Of a stretch of 32,000 nt of DNA, positions 18,416-31,504 are shown in pieces (position 1 is the stretch's first letter; every line of letters begins with the position of its first letter). The DNA lies in sequence record CM010750.1, one strand, 5' to 3'. A program made the translations under genes and the position numbers. The notes below the pieces were generated by a model that saw nothing but the letters and a program-made list of their open reading frames with translations, was not told the origin of the DNA and ran no database searches.

Positions 18416-18478
18416 AAAATTATGACAACATTTAATCAATTACTAACTTTAACTAGAAGAAATACTACACTCATATAA
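18416..18478 (+). pseudogene. rps12: duplicated 5' end of rps12 (fragment)
   Basis: The 27-nt sequence aaaattatgacaacatttaatcaatta (18416-18442) is identical to 5098-5124, which covers the rps12 start codon and its first 7 codons. It then diverges and stops after 18 codons (MTTFNQLLTLTRRNTTLI). Confidence 0.55.
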
Positions 18479-19364
18479 AATTGTATTTATACAAGAATAA
18501 GATAGTTTATAAAAAAGTTTAGGCTTGAGTCCCTCCCCTCCCCTCTTGGAAAGAGGGAGAGGGAAGGGGGCTGATGACTCTACCATAAACGGGGTCTCAT
18601 GAGTTATATAAAAATAAAATAAGATAGGATACCGGAGGTGCCTTCCTTTAGGATAGGCTAGATTATATTATATTAGATTATAAGGGTCCCCGAAGGGGAG
18701 GGCCGCCTCCCCGGAGAAGCACCCGGGGAGAGAGGGGACCCTCCACGATGGTAGAGGCAGGGCTCCTTGAGGAAGGCTCTAAGGTATGCCTCATCCTTGC
18801 GGATTAAATATTTTCTTATAAAAAGGCTAAGTGTGCGGGAAAGCAACTAATATGTTTTAATATCTCAGCCTGTAAGCTAACTCTAACCTGTCCTCACAAA
18901 GGGTTTTTTAAATGGCTTTATCCCAAAATATTTATAAACCCAAACGACCCCTTCCCAACCTATGTTCTGACTATCTTATCTTATCTTATCTTTTATGATG
19001 AATAGTTTTATTAAATTATGGAGACTGAGTTAGGGAGTGGCTGTGAGTCAGCGATCAACGCGTGGAGGAGCGTCGGTTGCCTACGTGATAAGGAGGGTGG
19101 TCCCCCATAAGGTAAGCTACGGGGAGGTGTCCTATCCTTGGGATAGGGGTAAGTTATCTTATTCAGTTGATATGTAGAAGTATTACCTATGATATAACTT
19201 CAGTGTATACTTCTATCCCTTCCCTCATAAGTAACCTTTTCCCCCTAAAGCTAGAAGTAATGGGTAAGTGTAGAGCGGTAGATGTGTTGTAGACGAGGGG
19301 GGAGGATATCTAATGAGGGTATACTAGGGAAGTAGCTAATCATAAAAGAGGGGAGTCTAAAAAG

Positions 19365-19446
19365 GAAGAGGTTTCCATTGGTAAGGTAAACAACCTGCTA
19401 AGTTGTCGTATGAATATACTTGTGGGTTCAATTCCCACTCTCTTCG
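19365..19446 (+). tRNA. trnS: tRNA-Ser (anticodon GCU) with weak D-arm and long variable arm
   Basis: Acceptor gaagagg/tctcttc, perfect anticodon stem acaac/gttgt with loop ctgctaa, variable arm gtat-gaat-atac and perfect T-arm gtggg-ttcaatt-cccac. The D-stem has only 2-3 bp, which is common for Ser-GCU. Confidence 0.75.
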
Positions 19447-20270
19447 GTAAGAGTAAAATTGGTGGAAGTTGTATAAATTTGATGAGTAAGCTAATCCCGA
19501 AAGGAGGAGAGGGGAGGGATGAGACATCAGATGAGAGAAGATGAGATCCATCTCTGGGTGTAACGGATACCTCTACGATTGATGTTAGTTATAAAATTAT
19601 ATAAATAAGTAAGGTATATCGTGAAGGGTGTGCAATAGAATAATGTATTGTGTAGAGGGGTGAATAATATTGAAGTAGTCATCAGCTGTAGTATGTTCTA
19701 CACTGAGGTAGATAATATAAATTTAGGTCTACTTATGTTAGAAATAGAAAGAGGTATTGTAGATCCCGAGGGGATCGTAGGATAGGATAGTTTACATCCT
19801 TCGGATCGTAGAGGGTGGTGGAGGCTGTGGGTCCCCTCTCTCCCCGGGTGCTTATCCGGGGGGGCGGCCCTCCCCTTCGGGGTACCCTACCCTAGGGTAG
19901 GGTACCCTCGGGATTGTGAGCTGCCCTCTATAATAGAATAGGATAGCATAGGATGGAAGACTAGAAGAATACTAAAGTGTCGTATGACTAAAAAGTAATC
20001 ATATGTTGTGAACCAGCGAATAGACATAAATCAATTTAAATCCACCCGGTTAATCAAAGATTTATATAAAAAATCCAAAGTGTAATATGCACAAGATTAA
20101 TGATTTCCTACGCCAATTTAGACCAAGGATATACCAAATATAATCCTGGCCCCGCACCTGGTTTAAAAACTCTATAAATTTAAAAGAGACTAAGATAATA
20201 TAATGAGAATTTCTTTTAGCAAAAATGTGTATGATTTTTGTTTTGATTTATTGCCGATATAATTAAATCT

Positions 20271-21280
20271 CTAGTTGTTATCCAGTGTTTGTGGAAGCGG
20301 TTGTTTGGTGCATGCTCTTTCATGATTTTGGTCACTCATGAAGGAAATGTCCACTATCTGCTCTATAATCATCGAACTTCGGTCTGATTGTGAGTTAGAT
20401 GTATCCAACTCAGTGTCTTCTGACATTCCATAATCTTCCTCGTCATTGATATTCTCATTGCCGCGTTTAAATTCTTCCGTATCGTCCATCATTTCGAGCA
20501 TGCTGAGGGTTGATTGGAAGGACCCAAGCGTTTCCACTGACAACTTTCTCCGATTATTTCACTATCTCCGGATCCACGTAAAAAGATATTTTGTTTTCAT
20601 GAAAAATCTTTTGATACCCCATTCGTTAATGTTTCCGCGTATCCGCAGTTCCTTGCATCTGTCCATCCCCACGGATCTCCGATAAGGGTGTCCGGGGTTA
20701 TCCATTCCCCAACGAAAATTCAGTGTCTATCAGTAGTTCCAATTTCGTTTCCTCTTCTGCGTCCCCATTGTCATTTGAATAATCTCTGTCATTATCACCA
20801 GACGTTGGAGATGTCGGTAATTATCTCAAAGTCTTTTGTCTTAAACTCACACACACCACACTTCTCTCTCTCTCAGTCATGTAAGACCCGGTATATATGG
20901 TCAAACTATCTTTCTCGCTATAATCAATCATCTCCTGTGCTATATCCATCTAATCCAACGATGAACATACCCCGATTGGCATTTGACATAACCCCCAACA
21001 TCCTTCTACCTGGCTTGATTCCTTTATATATAAAATCCCTTATGTCATTCGGATTTGTAGAATTACCAACCATGTGAGTGCACAGCAATGTGTTTTGGCA
21101 ATTTTTATCATCAGTTCCGCTTTTCATCACCTTAATTTTTTTACCCTCAGCATATTTTACCCCCCCAAGACCACCATATAAATAGAGATAAAGATAAACG
21201 ACCAGAGAGGACAGGAGTGAAACCCAATCGGGTGATGGCCTATTCAATCTAATAGAAAGTCCTGGAAGGAAAGACTTCAC
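20271..21280 (-). pseudogene. decayed pogo/Fot1-like DDE transposase relic (frame-broken)
   Basis: The minus-strand ORFs contain LYLYGGLGGVKYAEGKKIKV (compare IYNxDETGFxLG), DKNCQNTLLCTHMVGNSTNP..FIYKG (compare xxEWxTxxExISAxGxxxPPxxIFKG) and RGMFIVGLDGYSTG (compare RxLLIxDGHxSH), followed by an acidic tail (DDTEEF..NDEEDYGMSEDTELD). Stops and frame changes are present. The composition is unlike the mitochondrial genes. A GC-element fragment lies inside at about 20655-20690. No database search was run. Confidence 0.3.
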
Positions 21281-23582
21281 TAACTAATCATGTCAATCTT
21301 GTCCATATTCTTAGTAGCTAGTTTACCCCCCCCCCCCTTAATTATTAGCTACTTCAATCAGGATAGCTTCCATAAGTTATCTTTTATCTACCTATTCTAG
21401 ATGCTACCCTGCTACGAGATAAGGGTACACGGATAGTAGTTATCTACCCCTAGACCAACCTATTTACACACTACATACCCTCTACTGTACAAAAAACAAC
21501 ACGTAACTTATTAGTAGACACACTCCCCCTTTTAATTCTCTACTCATCAAAAAGTTACCTTCCTACCGCTTCCTTAGACAACTCCACCCTATCGACTCTT
21601 CTTTAGTACACCCCCCTGTCTGTTATTAGGCACACCTTTTCATAAACACAACTATTTACCTACTCCCACTACCACCTAGAGGGCAGCTCAGATATCCCGA
21701 GGGTACCGAAGGTGTCCCTGTCCCCCCTCCACCATCCGAGGGGAGGCAGGGATATCAGATCACATAAGATAACATGAGAGAAGATCGATCCTTGCTGATG
21801 GTTCTACCATATCCGCTACGCGGGTCTATACTGGTTAGCTACACTAACGGCGATCGCCGCCACTTTAATTATAAAATTTGACTACTTCCATAGTTCCCCC
21901 GGTGGCGTTTAAAGTCTGTATACCTATCGTAGACAGGTATCCGTAGGGATGCTATGCTATGCTACTCCCGAAGGGAAAGCGGGCCTGCGTGTAGGAGGGC
22001 TACTCCCCTCCACCACTCGGTCATCCCTCGAGTCCCCCACTCTTGAGTGGGGATCATATCCGAAAGCAGGGATGGTAGAGGCTCCATTGGGAAGGATGGA
22101 TCTCACATCCCTGCCCTCCCCTCGGATGGTAGGTCCCTCTTTTATTCTCTTCTCTTTTAGGGACCGTAAACAACATCCCCCCGGGGATGGTAGATTCATC
22201 CCATCGGATCTACGATAGTTACCCATGGGAAACCATCTGAGAGCTTAGTTGAGCCTCAGTGCCCGAAAGTAAGGGTAATTGCTCAAAACTATGAAGAAGT
22301 GGTGGATTTGGTAAAATTCATTCTAAAGAATGATATCCTCTTGTTTCGATTTTTAATTCTTCGTCCGTTTCATACAACTGAGAGGAGTATTTTATATGAG
22401 AGTCAATAACACCTTGGTGATCTAAATTTGCAAATGTCGCGTATAGAGCATAAAAAAATATTATACTAGCAACTACTGACACTATAGAACCGTAAGATGA
22501 AATTACATTTCACTCTAAAAAAGCATCTGGGTAATCAGGAACCCTTCGGGGCATCCCACTTAGCTGATTATAAGCTTATATGATCTCCGCGGAGCGGGGA
22601 TATGCCTGTCTAACAAGTAGATCCCTAGAAGGAGTGAGGTAAATATAAAGAAAGGGTAGGTACCTCTATATAGGTAGTATTCCTTGGGATCTCCGATAGT
22701 CAATAAGAATCTCCACTTATAGAAGAGCATTAGTGTTAGAGAGGATCAGTCAGTTATGCAATGGTGAGTGACTTATGAACAGGGAGTAAATATAATCTGG
22801 GTGTATGTCTGTGTTTATCAAAACACATAGCTAATTTAGCGGAGGAATGTAAGAGAGTCGTTTTAATCCTATCTTGGGGTACTCCGAAGGAGGGAGAGGG
22901 GGAGGGCTCCCGCCCTCCACGATCGAAGAGGCCTTTAGGAGGGAGACCCTCCCCCCCCGTGATAACCTAACCTAACCTAAGCTAAGCTACGGGGGGGTGT
23001 CCTGTCCCTTCGGGATTAGTAGACTTATGGTCTCTTGTACCATTATAAAATTTGGGTCTCTTCCTTACTCTCCGAGTAATAAAAGTCTCCGGACTCAGAG
23101 TTCCCTGTGTTATCTTTCTTTTCTCTTACTCCTTAACCTAACCTTACTCCCTAATCTTCCCTTACTCCCTTCTCTCATGTGGTACATTCTCATAACACTA
23201 CCGTGCTAATTAAGTGGATACTATCATGTCGCACTCTGTGCCCCACAGCTAAAATATATGATCCTAAGTATCATGTTATCCCCCCCACTTGTCTCCTCTC
23301 ATGACTTGGTAATAGGTAACCTCCCTTTTATATGTCACTCAACTTATCCCCAACCTCTCTACCTCATCCCAATTCCTCAGCTAGGAATACTGTTTTCACC
23401 CCTCTTAATCGTAGCGAGCGAGCGGGCTCCCGAGGGTACCGAAGGTGCCTGTAGGATATATTATAAGGGTCCCTCCACCACCCTCTTATGCGATCTGATC
23501 TGATGTTACATCCCGAGAGTACCGAAGGTGTCCCTGTCCCCCCTCCACCATCCCCCCGGGAATGTAGTTTACGGTCCCCTAA

Positions 23583-23628
<46 letters not shown>

Positions 23629-23943
23629 TAAGATAAGAGGGACCTACGATCCGAAGGATGTAAACTATCCTATCCTATCTTAATCTATCTAATCTACGGT
23701 CCCCTAAGAGTGAGAGATAAGAGGGGGACCTACCATCCCTCGGGATGAGGCATAGCATAAGAGCCATCCTTCCTGAAGACAGGGTACCCTGCCTCTACCA
23801 TTACCCTTCTACCTGTACTCCCATCACCTTGGGTGAACTTAACACACAATAGAGCAATATCATCCATTACACATATTATTCCCTTTACTGTAATACTAGG
23901 TCATACTATTATACACTACAGAAATGTACTCTACTACGCTAGA

Positions 23944-24141
23944 CTACACTGAAGGTACTAGAACATAGCACAACGGTACCTCTGTCACGTAGCTATTAGT
24001 ATTATTGGGACTAAGATCCTGATGGGAATATTCATGATTGTACCAACACTTAGCCCAATGAAGATTCTGGTGGGGTCTTAGTAGCTTGTTGATGTTACGG
24101 ATAACTGCAGTTGTTCCAGTTTGGAAGAGAGACTTACACAC
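23944..24141 (-). pseudogene. LTR-retrotransposon integrase C-terminal-core relic
   Basis: The ORF reads ..FQTGTTAVIRNINKLLRPHQNLHWAKCWYNHEYSHQDLSPNNTNSY... Compare the integrase pattern PQTDGQTERVNRTLxxxLR....W...LxxAEFAYNNSYHSSxGxSPFExxYG: Q-T and N are at equal spacing, and the W..YN..YSH..LSP..Y order is preserved. Upstream the frame is broken. This is a by-eye call only. Confidence 0.3.
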
Positions 24142-25424
24142 TATCCTGCAAAGTATAATACGACTACCATCGTAGACATTATCAAAATAGGGGGTGTAAA
24201 CTTTGCTTACAGATATCTGTATACCTCTTTATTCATAAGTATAGAGATATCCCGGGTAATCACTAATCTGTCGAATCTCTTTTACTATCTCAAAGAATAT
24301 AAAAAATGTCATGTGATTTAAATACCTTGGAGTAGCCTTTAAGGTATAACACGATAGGAGGCTAATGGAGAAACAAAGGTAGCCCAGTCCACGTACAAAG
24401 AGACATCCCTAGCGCAATAATCTCTCCAAGAAGGGTTTAGTAGTACTCTTAGTAGAGATAATGGTAGAGGGCAGAAGCCCTCGTACATGGAAGATCTCTA
24501 CGAGATCTTCCATGGTGGAGGGGGGACAGGGACACCTTCGGTACCCGCTCTCTACGATAGAGGTCTACCTAAATAAACTGTATGTACACATTAGTAGTGT
24601 ACATATTTAGTCCCATCTTAACTACACCATGCACTAGAGTATGTAGTAGGAGTCATCCTACACCTAGAGCACTAGAGAGGTATTACACCTAACCTACTAC
24701 TGGTTATATACCCTGCAGGGTATATAGGCCTACTAGCACCTACCGGTGTGGGCGGGTACCCCAGTCTCCTATAAAGATTAGATTGTCTCCCTTCCAAGAT
24801 GGTCAACTTCATCACTCCGCTAGCTTACCTCATTTACTCCTCGAATCTATCAATATCATTCCACTAATAAGCTGAAGTGGATCACACTCAATGGAAGGAA
24901 AAGACTTACACTGAATAATAATAGATCACTGAGTTATACCGGCAAGCTACCATAATCTTTCACAGTTTATAGACATACGGTGTTCTCTGAAGACAGGCGA
25001 ATGAGTTTTTGGGCAGTACCAGATGTATCTCGTAGAGGAGGGCGTATACGTATATGTCTGGACTGACCCCTCCACAGCTATCACGATAGAAAGGATAGAC
25101 TATTTATCTACAAGATCACTCTATACTAAGGTAAGTGTAGAAATACACCCCCTAGGCATAAAACCTAACTTACCACCCAGGGTACTCGTAGACGATATGG
25201 TTTTATTAGTAATAGCTAACTCTATTTTTTATTAGACCCCCTATCTCTTCCTACCTAGACCTCTACATACTCCATTTACTACACCCCTACCTACTAAAAC
25301 TAATTCCCATACCCTACTCTTGATCATCTTACCCCTCACCCTTACCATAGGATATACTATACCATACTCTAGTTAACTCTCTTTATAAAACCTTATCTTA
25401 CCTCCCTAACAAAAGTATCGGAGA

Positions 25425-25455
25425 GGCAGGCAGGCAGGCAGGCAGGGAGGCAGGC
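25425..25455. repeat. tetranucleotide microsatellite (GGCA)n
   Basis: ggcaggcaggcaggcaggcagggaggcaggc. It produces the spurious minus-strand ORF 25393-25575 (..CLPACLPACL..). Confidence 0.9.
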
Positions 25456-28400
25456 ATCGGGATATCCCGAGGGATGGTGGAGGGTCCCCTCTCTCCCCGG
25501 AGCCCCGAAGGGAGGGGGACGGGTTCCGTAGGGACCCTTATCGGAGATCCGTAGGGATGGGGATGGACATCCCAAGGAATCCGGGGAGGCGGCCCTCCCC
25601 TCTTCCGGTACCTATTGTTATTAAATTCATATGCTATGATCTATTTTTAAGTCTACTTGCCTAATAACTTATGGTGAGTGGATATTATAAACTACTTAGA
25701 GTGTATAATAATGGTAAGAGGAGTGTGATAAAGTTGTAGTAGTAAGAAGGCTAATTAAACTTTCAATACTCGACCCCTGAAGGCCCATTCACGGGTAGCT
25801 AAAATGACATTGTGTCAATCCCGACCCCATCCTTGGAAGGGATCTAGATCGCTCTCTACCGATCGCGATTATCCCTTAGACCAAGTCTCCCCTTATACAC
25901 ATCTATCTTTTATTGTATGTGGGTGATATAATATAATAGACATAGTATACTAGAGGTCTAAGTGTGATCTCTTACAGAGATGGAGTCTGAGATAGATTAC
26001 TAAGGGTTAAATGTGGTCCCACCCTACAGTCAACTAGATTAGTATACTTAAATATAGGTACCCATTGATTATATATCTTTTTTAGTTAGAATAATTTTCT
26101 GTATAAATGCAGAATATGACCAGGTGTAGGTATTAATCTGGGAGTATAAAATTGGTAGTACTATCGAGTAAGGCATGATCACTTTCTCGGGCTATCACTA
26201 CCAATAGGGCGTAGATATTCATGAGGACTATCGGATATCACTTCACACAAGTTTACCAGATCCGAGAATCTTTATTAAAAGGATTAGTAGACTTTAAAAA
26301 ATTGAGTAGGTAAAGTTAGATAGTAGATAGTCGGAGGTTCTACGATCTTCAAGAGAGATTTATACACACCCCTATAAATGTCTTCCCAAGACCGGAGAGG
26401 GTCCCCGGTTATTTTGTATATTAACACAGTATATAGTCATTTAGTGTCCCTCCGTAAGATACTGAAGGTCTAGTGTCATAGACATATTACAAGTGACAGG
26501 GGATGTCTGTCTTCCCAGCGACTTTAGAATCCGAAAAGAGTATCTCATCTCAGAACCATCCTTGAGTCAGCAGCTCTCCCCTCTTTCCAAGAGGGATGGT
26601 GCCCTCTACCACATGGTATGCTATGGTGTCCCCGGTAAAACAGGACTTCAACCCACATTTTAGATGTTGTAACCATTAAAGGGTATAGATACCCTCCTAG
26701 TTACCGATAGACTAAATCCCCTCGGTGTGACTAGTTTATAGGGGGGCCCTTATCGTAGATCCGTAGGGATAGGGATGGACATCCCAAGGGATCCGGGGAG
26801 GCGGCCCTCCCCTTCGGGGACCCTTATAATCTAATCTAATCTAATATATCCTATCCTAAAGGAAGGCACCCCTCCGGTATCATGTGGGATGAGGTGCCTG
26901 TAAAACACATATCATCTACCATTCATATGGAGTGTACACTTATACGAGAGTAGCTATTTTTCTTCGGATATCTTCTATGGACGAGAGTGGAATTGAACCT
27001 CTAACCCTTACTTTGCAAAACTAGAGTACTACTCTACTGATTAGCCTCTAAAAAGTTTATTTATTAAATGTACCAGGTTAATACAGAAGGATAAAAATTT
27101 ATACCTTATAATTTTATTAGGTATCATTCTTAGGTCAAGGTGTCTATACGAGGAAATAATTAGTTGTAATGAAAGAGTAGGAATATCAAAAGATAAATGA
27201 CATGTGGGTGTGATTGTTAGATGAACAAATAAAGGTGCAAGGAAGTAAAGGTCGGAGTAAATACTGATCGTACTCAAAAGATAAACTAACATAATGATAA
27301 CCCATAACGTCCAGTTACTGTCGTTGGAAGGTTACCGATGTCTGTCACACCACATTTGGAAATTAGTTTGGGATTGAGATAGTAGTCTGACAAAGCGTAG
27401 TGTTACTAATTGTAGAACCACGGTTCTACAAAAACATCCCGTGACCACCCAGTCTTATTGGCACACAAATTTTTAACTGGACTTTACCCTACCCAATCAA
27501 TAAAATATAGGTGTACTCACTGTCTATACACCTTAGGATAGGGTGGCCGAAGTAGCTAGATCTAACAGCCATCCTACTATAGACTACCATTAGCTAAAAA
27601 CTTAATAGTTTATGTTTTATATATTTAAGATGCCTCTATAAAAGATGGTTTTATCCCATAAAAAAATAGATGGTTATAACCCACATGATTAATCAGATTA
27701 ATATCTCTTATCTGAAAAACTCCATTGCCTCCCCGCTAAGTCAAGAGGGATTCATCGAGGGTAGGAGGAGACCCACATCCTCCACCACCGGGGGGAGTTT
27801 ATGGGTGTTATCACCTGTTATGGAAAGGCTTATAAACTAAAGGAGAAGGGTTTACATTTAAGTATATAATAGATGGTTATAACCTACGGGCTGAGAGTAT
27901 CAGTTTACTAAAACTGCAATAAGTGAAAGTCAGCCTGTTTACCCAAAGGATGTAGCAGAGTAGGGGAGGACTCCTGTCCCGAATCACATACCTCACCTAT
28001 TACTACCCTTCCTAGCATTATCACTTACCTGTGTGCCTTTCATATAACCTGCTTAAAATATAAGCACATTTATCCCTCGGGATGTTCATCCCTTTGGAAG
28101 CCCGTTTTCAAAGAGTACCCCTGTCCCTTCGGGGTAATTATTCTACTGCACTGGATTTTTGTCCTCGATCCGATCAAATTTATTCACTATGCACACAGGC
28201 TATTGGTCAAGGCATGACTCCACGGACAGTCGATCAATCATAGATAATGGACTTCATACAAGAATTTATGACTGACGAATACCTTAAGGAATGCGAAGAT
28301 GGATCAATGGATAGATTCCTAGCTCGTACCCCCGTGGCTAGACACCCACTACCTACAGGAATAACGCCATCTACTATTGTGGACATAGTTCTAAGTTTTC

Positions 28401-31400
28401 CTAGTTACACAATTAGAAGTTCTGTACTCACCTGGATTTATATGCCACCGACACTCTATCATGATGTCATCAAGTGCTTCCCTAGTTGGCCACAGTTCCT
28501 GATAGAACCAAGGGGACAAATTATAGCGCTTGCAATAGTGAGACCAATCAGATGGGAGTGTCTCAAGACGTTTTTAGTCCATTCCCCAAAGAGGAACCTA
28601 TTTTTTTATAATTTTAGCTCGATAAAAAAGTGTTTATTGATAGAGGTGATAGCAGCTATTCTACTATGTGGATGGATTGAATTCTAGTAGCACTATACGC
28701 AAGAATGTACATAACCGGTGAGACACCAGATTTTGCAAGGATGTCCTCGGACAATATCAACGATGAAGCAGAGGTGAAATTAGCAGAGCGTACAGATGAA
28801 TAAAGGGACATTGGTACTAAATCAGAAGTAATGGAAGTCATCAGAGATATGCGTGCAGAAATCACAGGACTTAGGGTCACTACTATGGACACTCCTTCTA
28901 AGCTGAATGAAATGGAGTCCACACTTGCATTAGGATCTCGACTTATAACTGTGAATAAATATAGCATGAAGACTGCTTCTGAGCCTAACCTCCCGAGTGC
29001 ATCAAGATGATACTTACAAAAAATTTTAAGGGTGCCCTCCTCCACTTTTTTTAGGTTCCGCGTGTCAAGCGTGCTGAAGGAGGTAAACCTAAACACAAAC
29101 ACAGCTCCTCCCCCCTCGAGTACCTCTCCGGTGTCCCTTCAGGGTAATCTAATCTAATTTTATTTAGTCTAGTCTTAGGGGGTAGAACGAGAAGATGCCT
29201 TTAGGAGGGCTGAGGTGTTCCTACGGATCCCCTTAAGAGTAAAATTATGGGGAGAATAATAAATGGTAAAGATAAATTAGTTAACTTGTAGGCAAGGTAG
29301 GGACCCCTAAGAAGGTAATATTTGGAATAAAGTAGGGTTTCTTCCAGTGAGAGGGGCCCCCTGAACTTTGAGGAGTACGGTTATAAAATAAACTCCACAT
29401 AGAAGTGGTTGGACATCCATTAGTAGACAAGAATTAAAACATAAGTTCATAACTTAGTTTTATGAAATAAAGAGATATCTGGGTGCCTCTAGAATTATTC
29501 AATTAGTGAATCTCCAAGGACAATCCGAATCTAATTTTATAGTGTGGTTAAGCTAGCTAATGCTACACCATGACCGACCACCTTTCATGGTAGAGTAATC
29601 TTTGATCACTGTCTCACGGAGAGGGTATAAGATGATGAGCTCATAGCTTCGATGGTGCTTCCTAGGCACACCCACTACTTTTTCACACCATATTTTTTAG
29701 AGATAGGGTTGTTAGTATAATAGTATGGAGGGACCCCCCTAAAGATTAGAGTTTGCCTCGGGGAGAGATTTCAGCTCCAAAAAGAAGGTTATCACTCACT
29801 CACTCTACTACCGACTACAGGGTAAAAAATCTCGAGTATAACTTGTGCGAAAAAATTGGAGAGAGACATTTAAAGTGGTGTGAGGGTGGGCCCAATAGAT
29901 ACAAAAAGGTTAGAGTTTAATTATCTTTCAGTCTATCTAGTCAGGGGGGTAATAGTATATTAATTAAAGGTTATCCAGCGACCATACGTATATGTGTAAA
30001 TGTAAATGTAAATCCCACCCATTGTGTGGTGATATAAGGACATTGATATTTTACAAGTTTGGGGAGAGTAAGATACGCCCTGTTGGACATAGCTGAGTGG
30101 TGCCCAATAAAGTCATTTTTATTCATTTGCTATGCCACTCCCGAAGATAGGGAGTGTGTATAATAAAGTGGAACGGTATGGTACAAAAAAGGATAGTCTA
30201 CTAATTCCGAGGGATGATATGTTACTCCCCTCGAGTGGCGTAGCACCATCTTTTTCTGGCTCTAACAAAAAAGGTAAGGAGTGAGGTCGGGTTTTCTGGG
30301 TCGTACTCTTGGAATAGCATCGTGTACCCAGGAGCTACAGTCTCACCTTCATGATCAGCGTGTTGAAAGCTTAGCAGGTGTATCTGGGTGATGGTTTATT
30401 ACTATCTCTTGTGTTTATCTTAAATGGTCAGGCATGACTTATGGCATATGGAAGTCTTTCCTCACTAGTACTTGACAGATGGTTGTGCAACACAGCTTTT
30501 AAATTACAGCTGGGTTATCATCGGAGATGCCTTTAGGATGGTCCCTCCACCACCCCCGGGGGGGGGTGTCCCCACCACCCGCTCTCGGGGTTCCGAAGTC
30601 TTTCTGCAGTTAGCAGATCGGTAAAAGATGAGAGTCAAAATTATTGGGACTAAGTACTAGACCACACTATGGCATTAGCTGTTATTGCATGATAACTATT
30701 GTATTGCTTGCCTGTGAAATGAGATAGCCATAGACATTCATAACTAAGGAAATATACTAGTTTCTATCGATAAATAAAATTCTATTATTTGCCAAGAGCC
30801 TTCAACCCTCGTGGTAGAAAGGGCACCCTCTCTTTTTTTAAACCAACTATAATAGAATACCTCCGTAGGAGGGATGCCCCTCTCTTTAGAGAGGACCATA
30901 CTCACCCAAAATTTAGTAGAAAAGAGAGCACATTTATGCTCAACACACTATCGGACAGACAGGCATCGGGACATCCCGAGGGATTCTAACTTGTGTCTCA
31001 TTATTACCCAGTTATAACACTACTTCCTTACTTGCCTATCCAGGGTACCGAGACCCTGGTTTATACGTGATAAAAACTGGAGTGGTATGAGGATCCTAAG
31101 GGATACTGAGGTATTTATAAAAATGTTATGAGCGGTCCCCGAGAGAAGATAAAATAAAATAGTATAGTATATCTCACGGTAATGCTATACGGCCCTCGAA
31201 CATACACCTGATTATATCAATCCATCCTACCACACACATCTGTTACCTGTATCCCTTCAGATTATTACTGTTCACATATCACTAATCCCCACGGGACACC
31301 CCCCATTACACGGGGGGGGCATCCCTAAACTACTTACCTAATTATATAAAATACTGTACAGGACTTATCTCTAAAATTTTGTGTTAGGTGTTGGTCTTTC

Positions 31401-31504
31401 TGTTAAAGTAATAAGTTGAATCTCAATTTTAATTTTTTTGAATTAATTTCGACTCGACTAAAAGTCAAGATGGAAACATTCCTATTAGTTTTTTTTTTGG
31501 TACT

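Noticed and set aside
25023-25235. Possible reverse-transcriptase relic (..RSLYTKVS..RVLVDDMVLLVIA, compare copia SLYGLKQ and YVDDMLI)
   Set aside because: The spacing between the two motifs is about half that of real RTs, the strand is opposite to the nearby integrase relic, and the short motifs could arise by chance.
26978-27055. Minus-strand tRNA candidates at 26978-27055 (T-loop ttcaatt, gca triplet) and 15641-15720
   Set aside because: No anticodon stem or complementary 5' acceptor strand can be formed, and the T-stems carry mismatches. They are treated as degenerate fragments.
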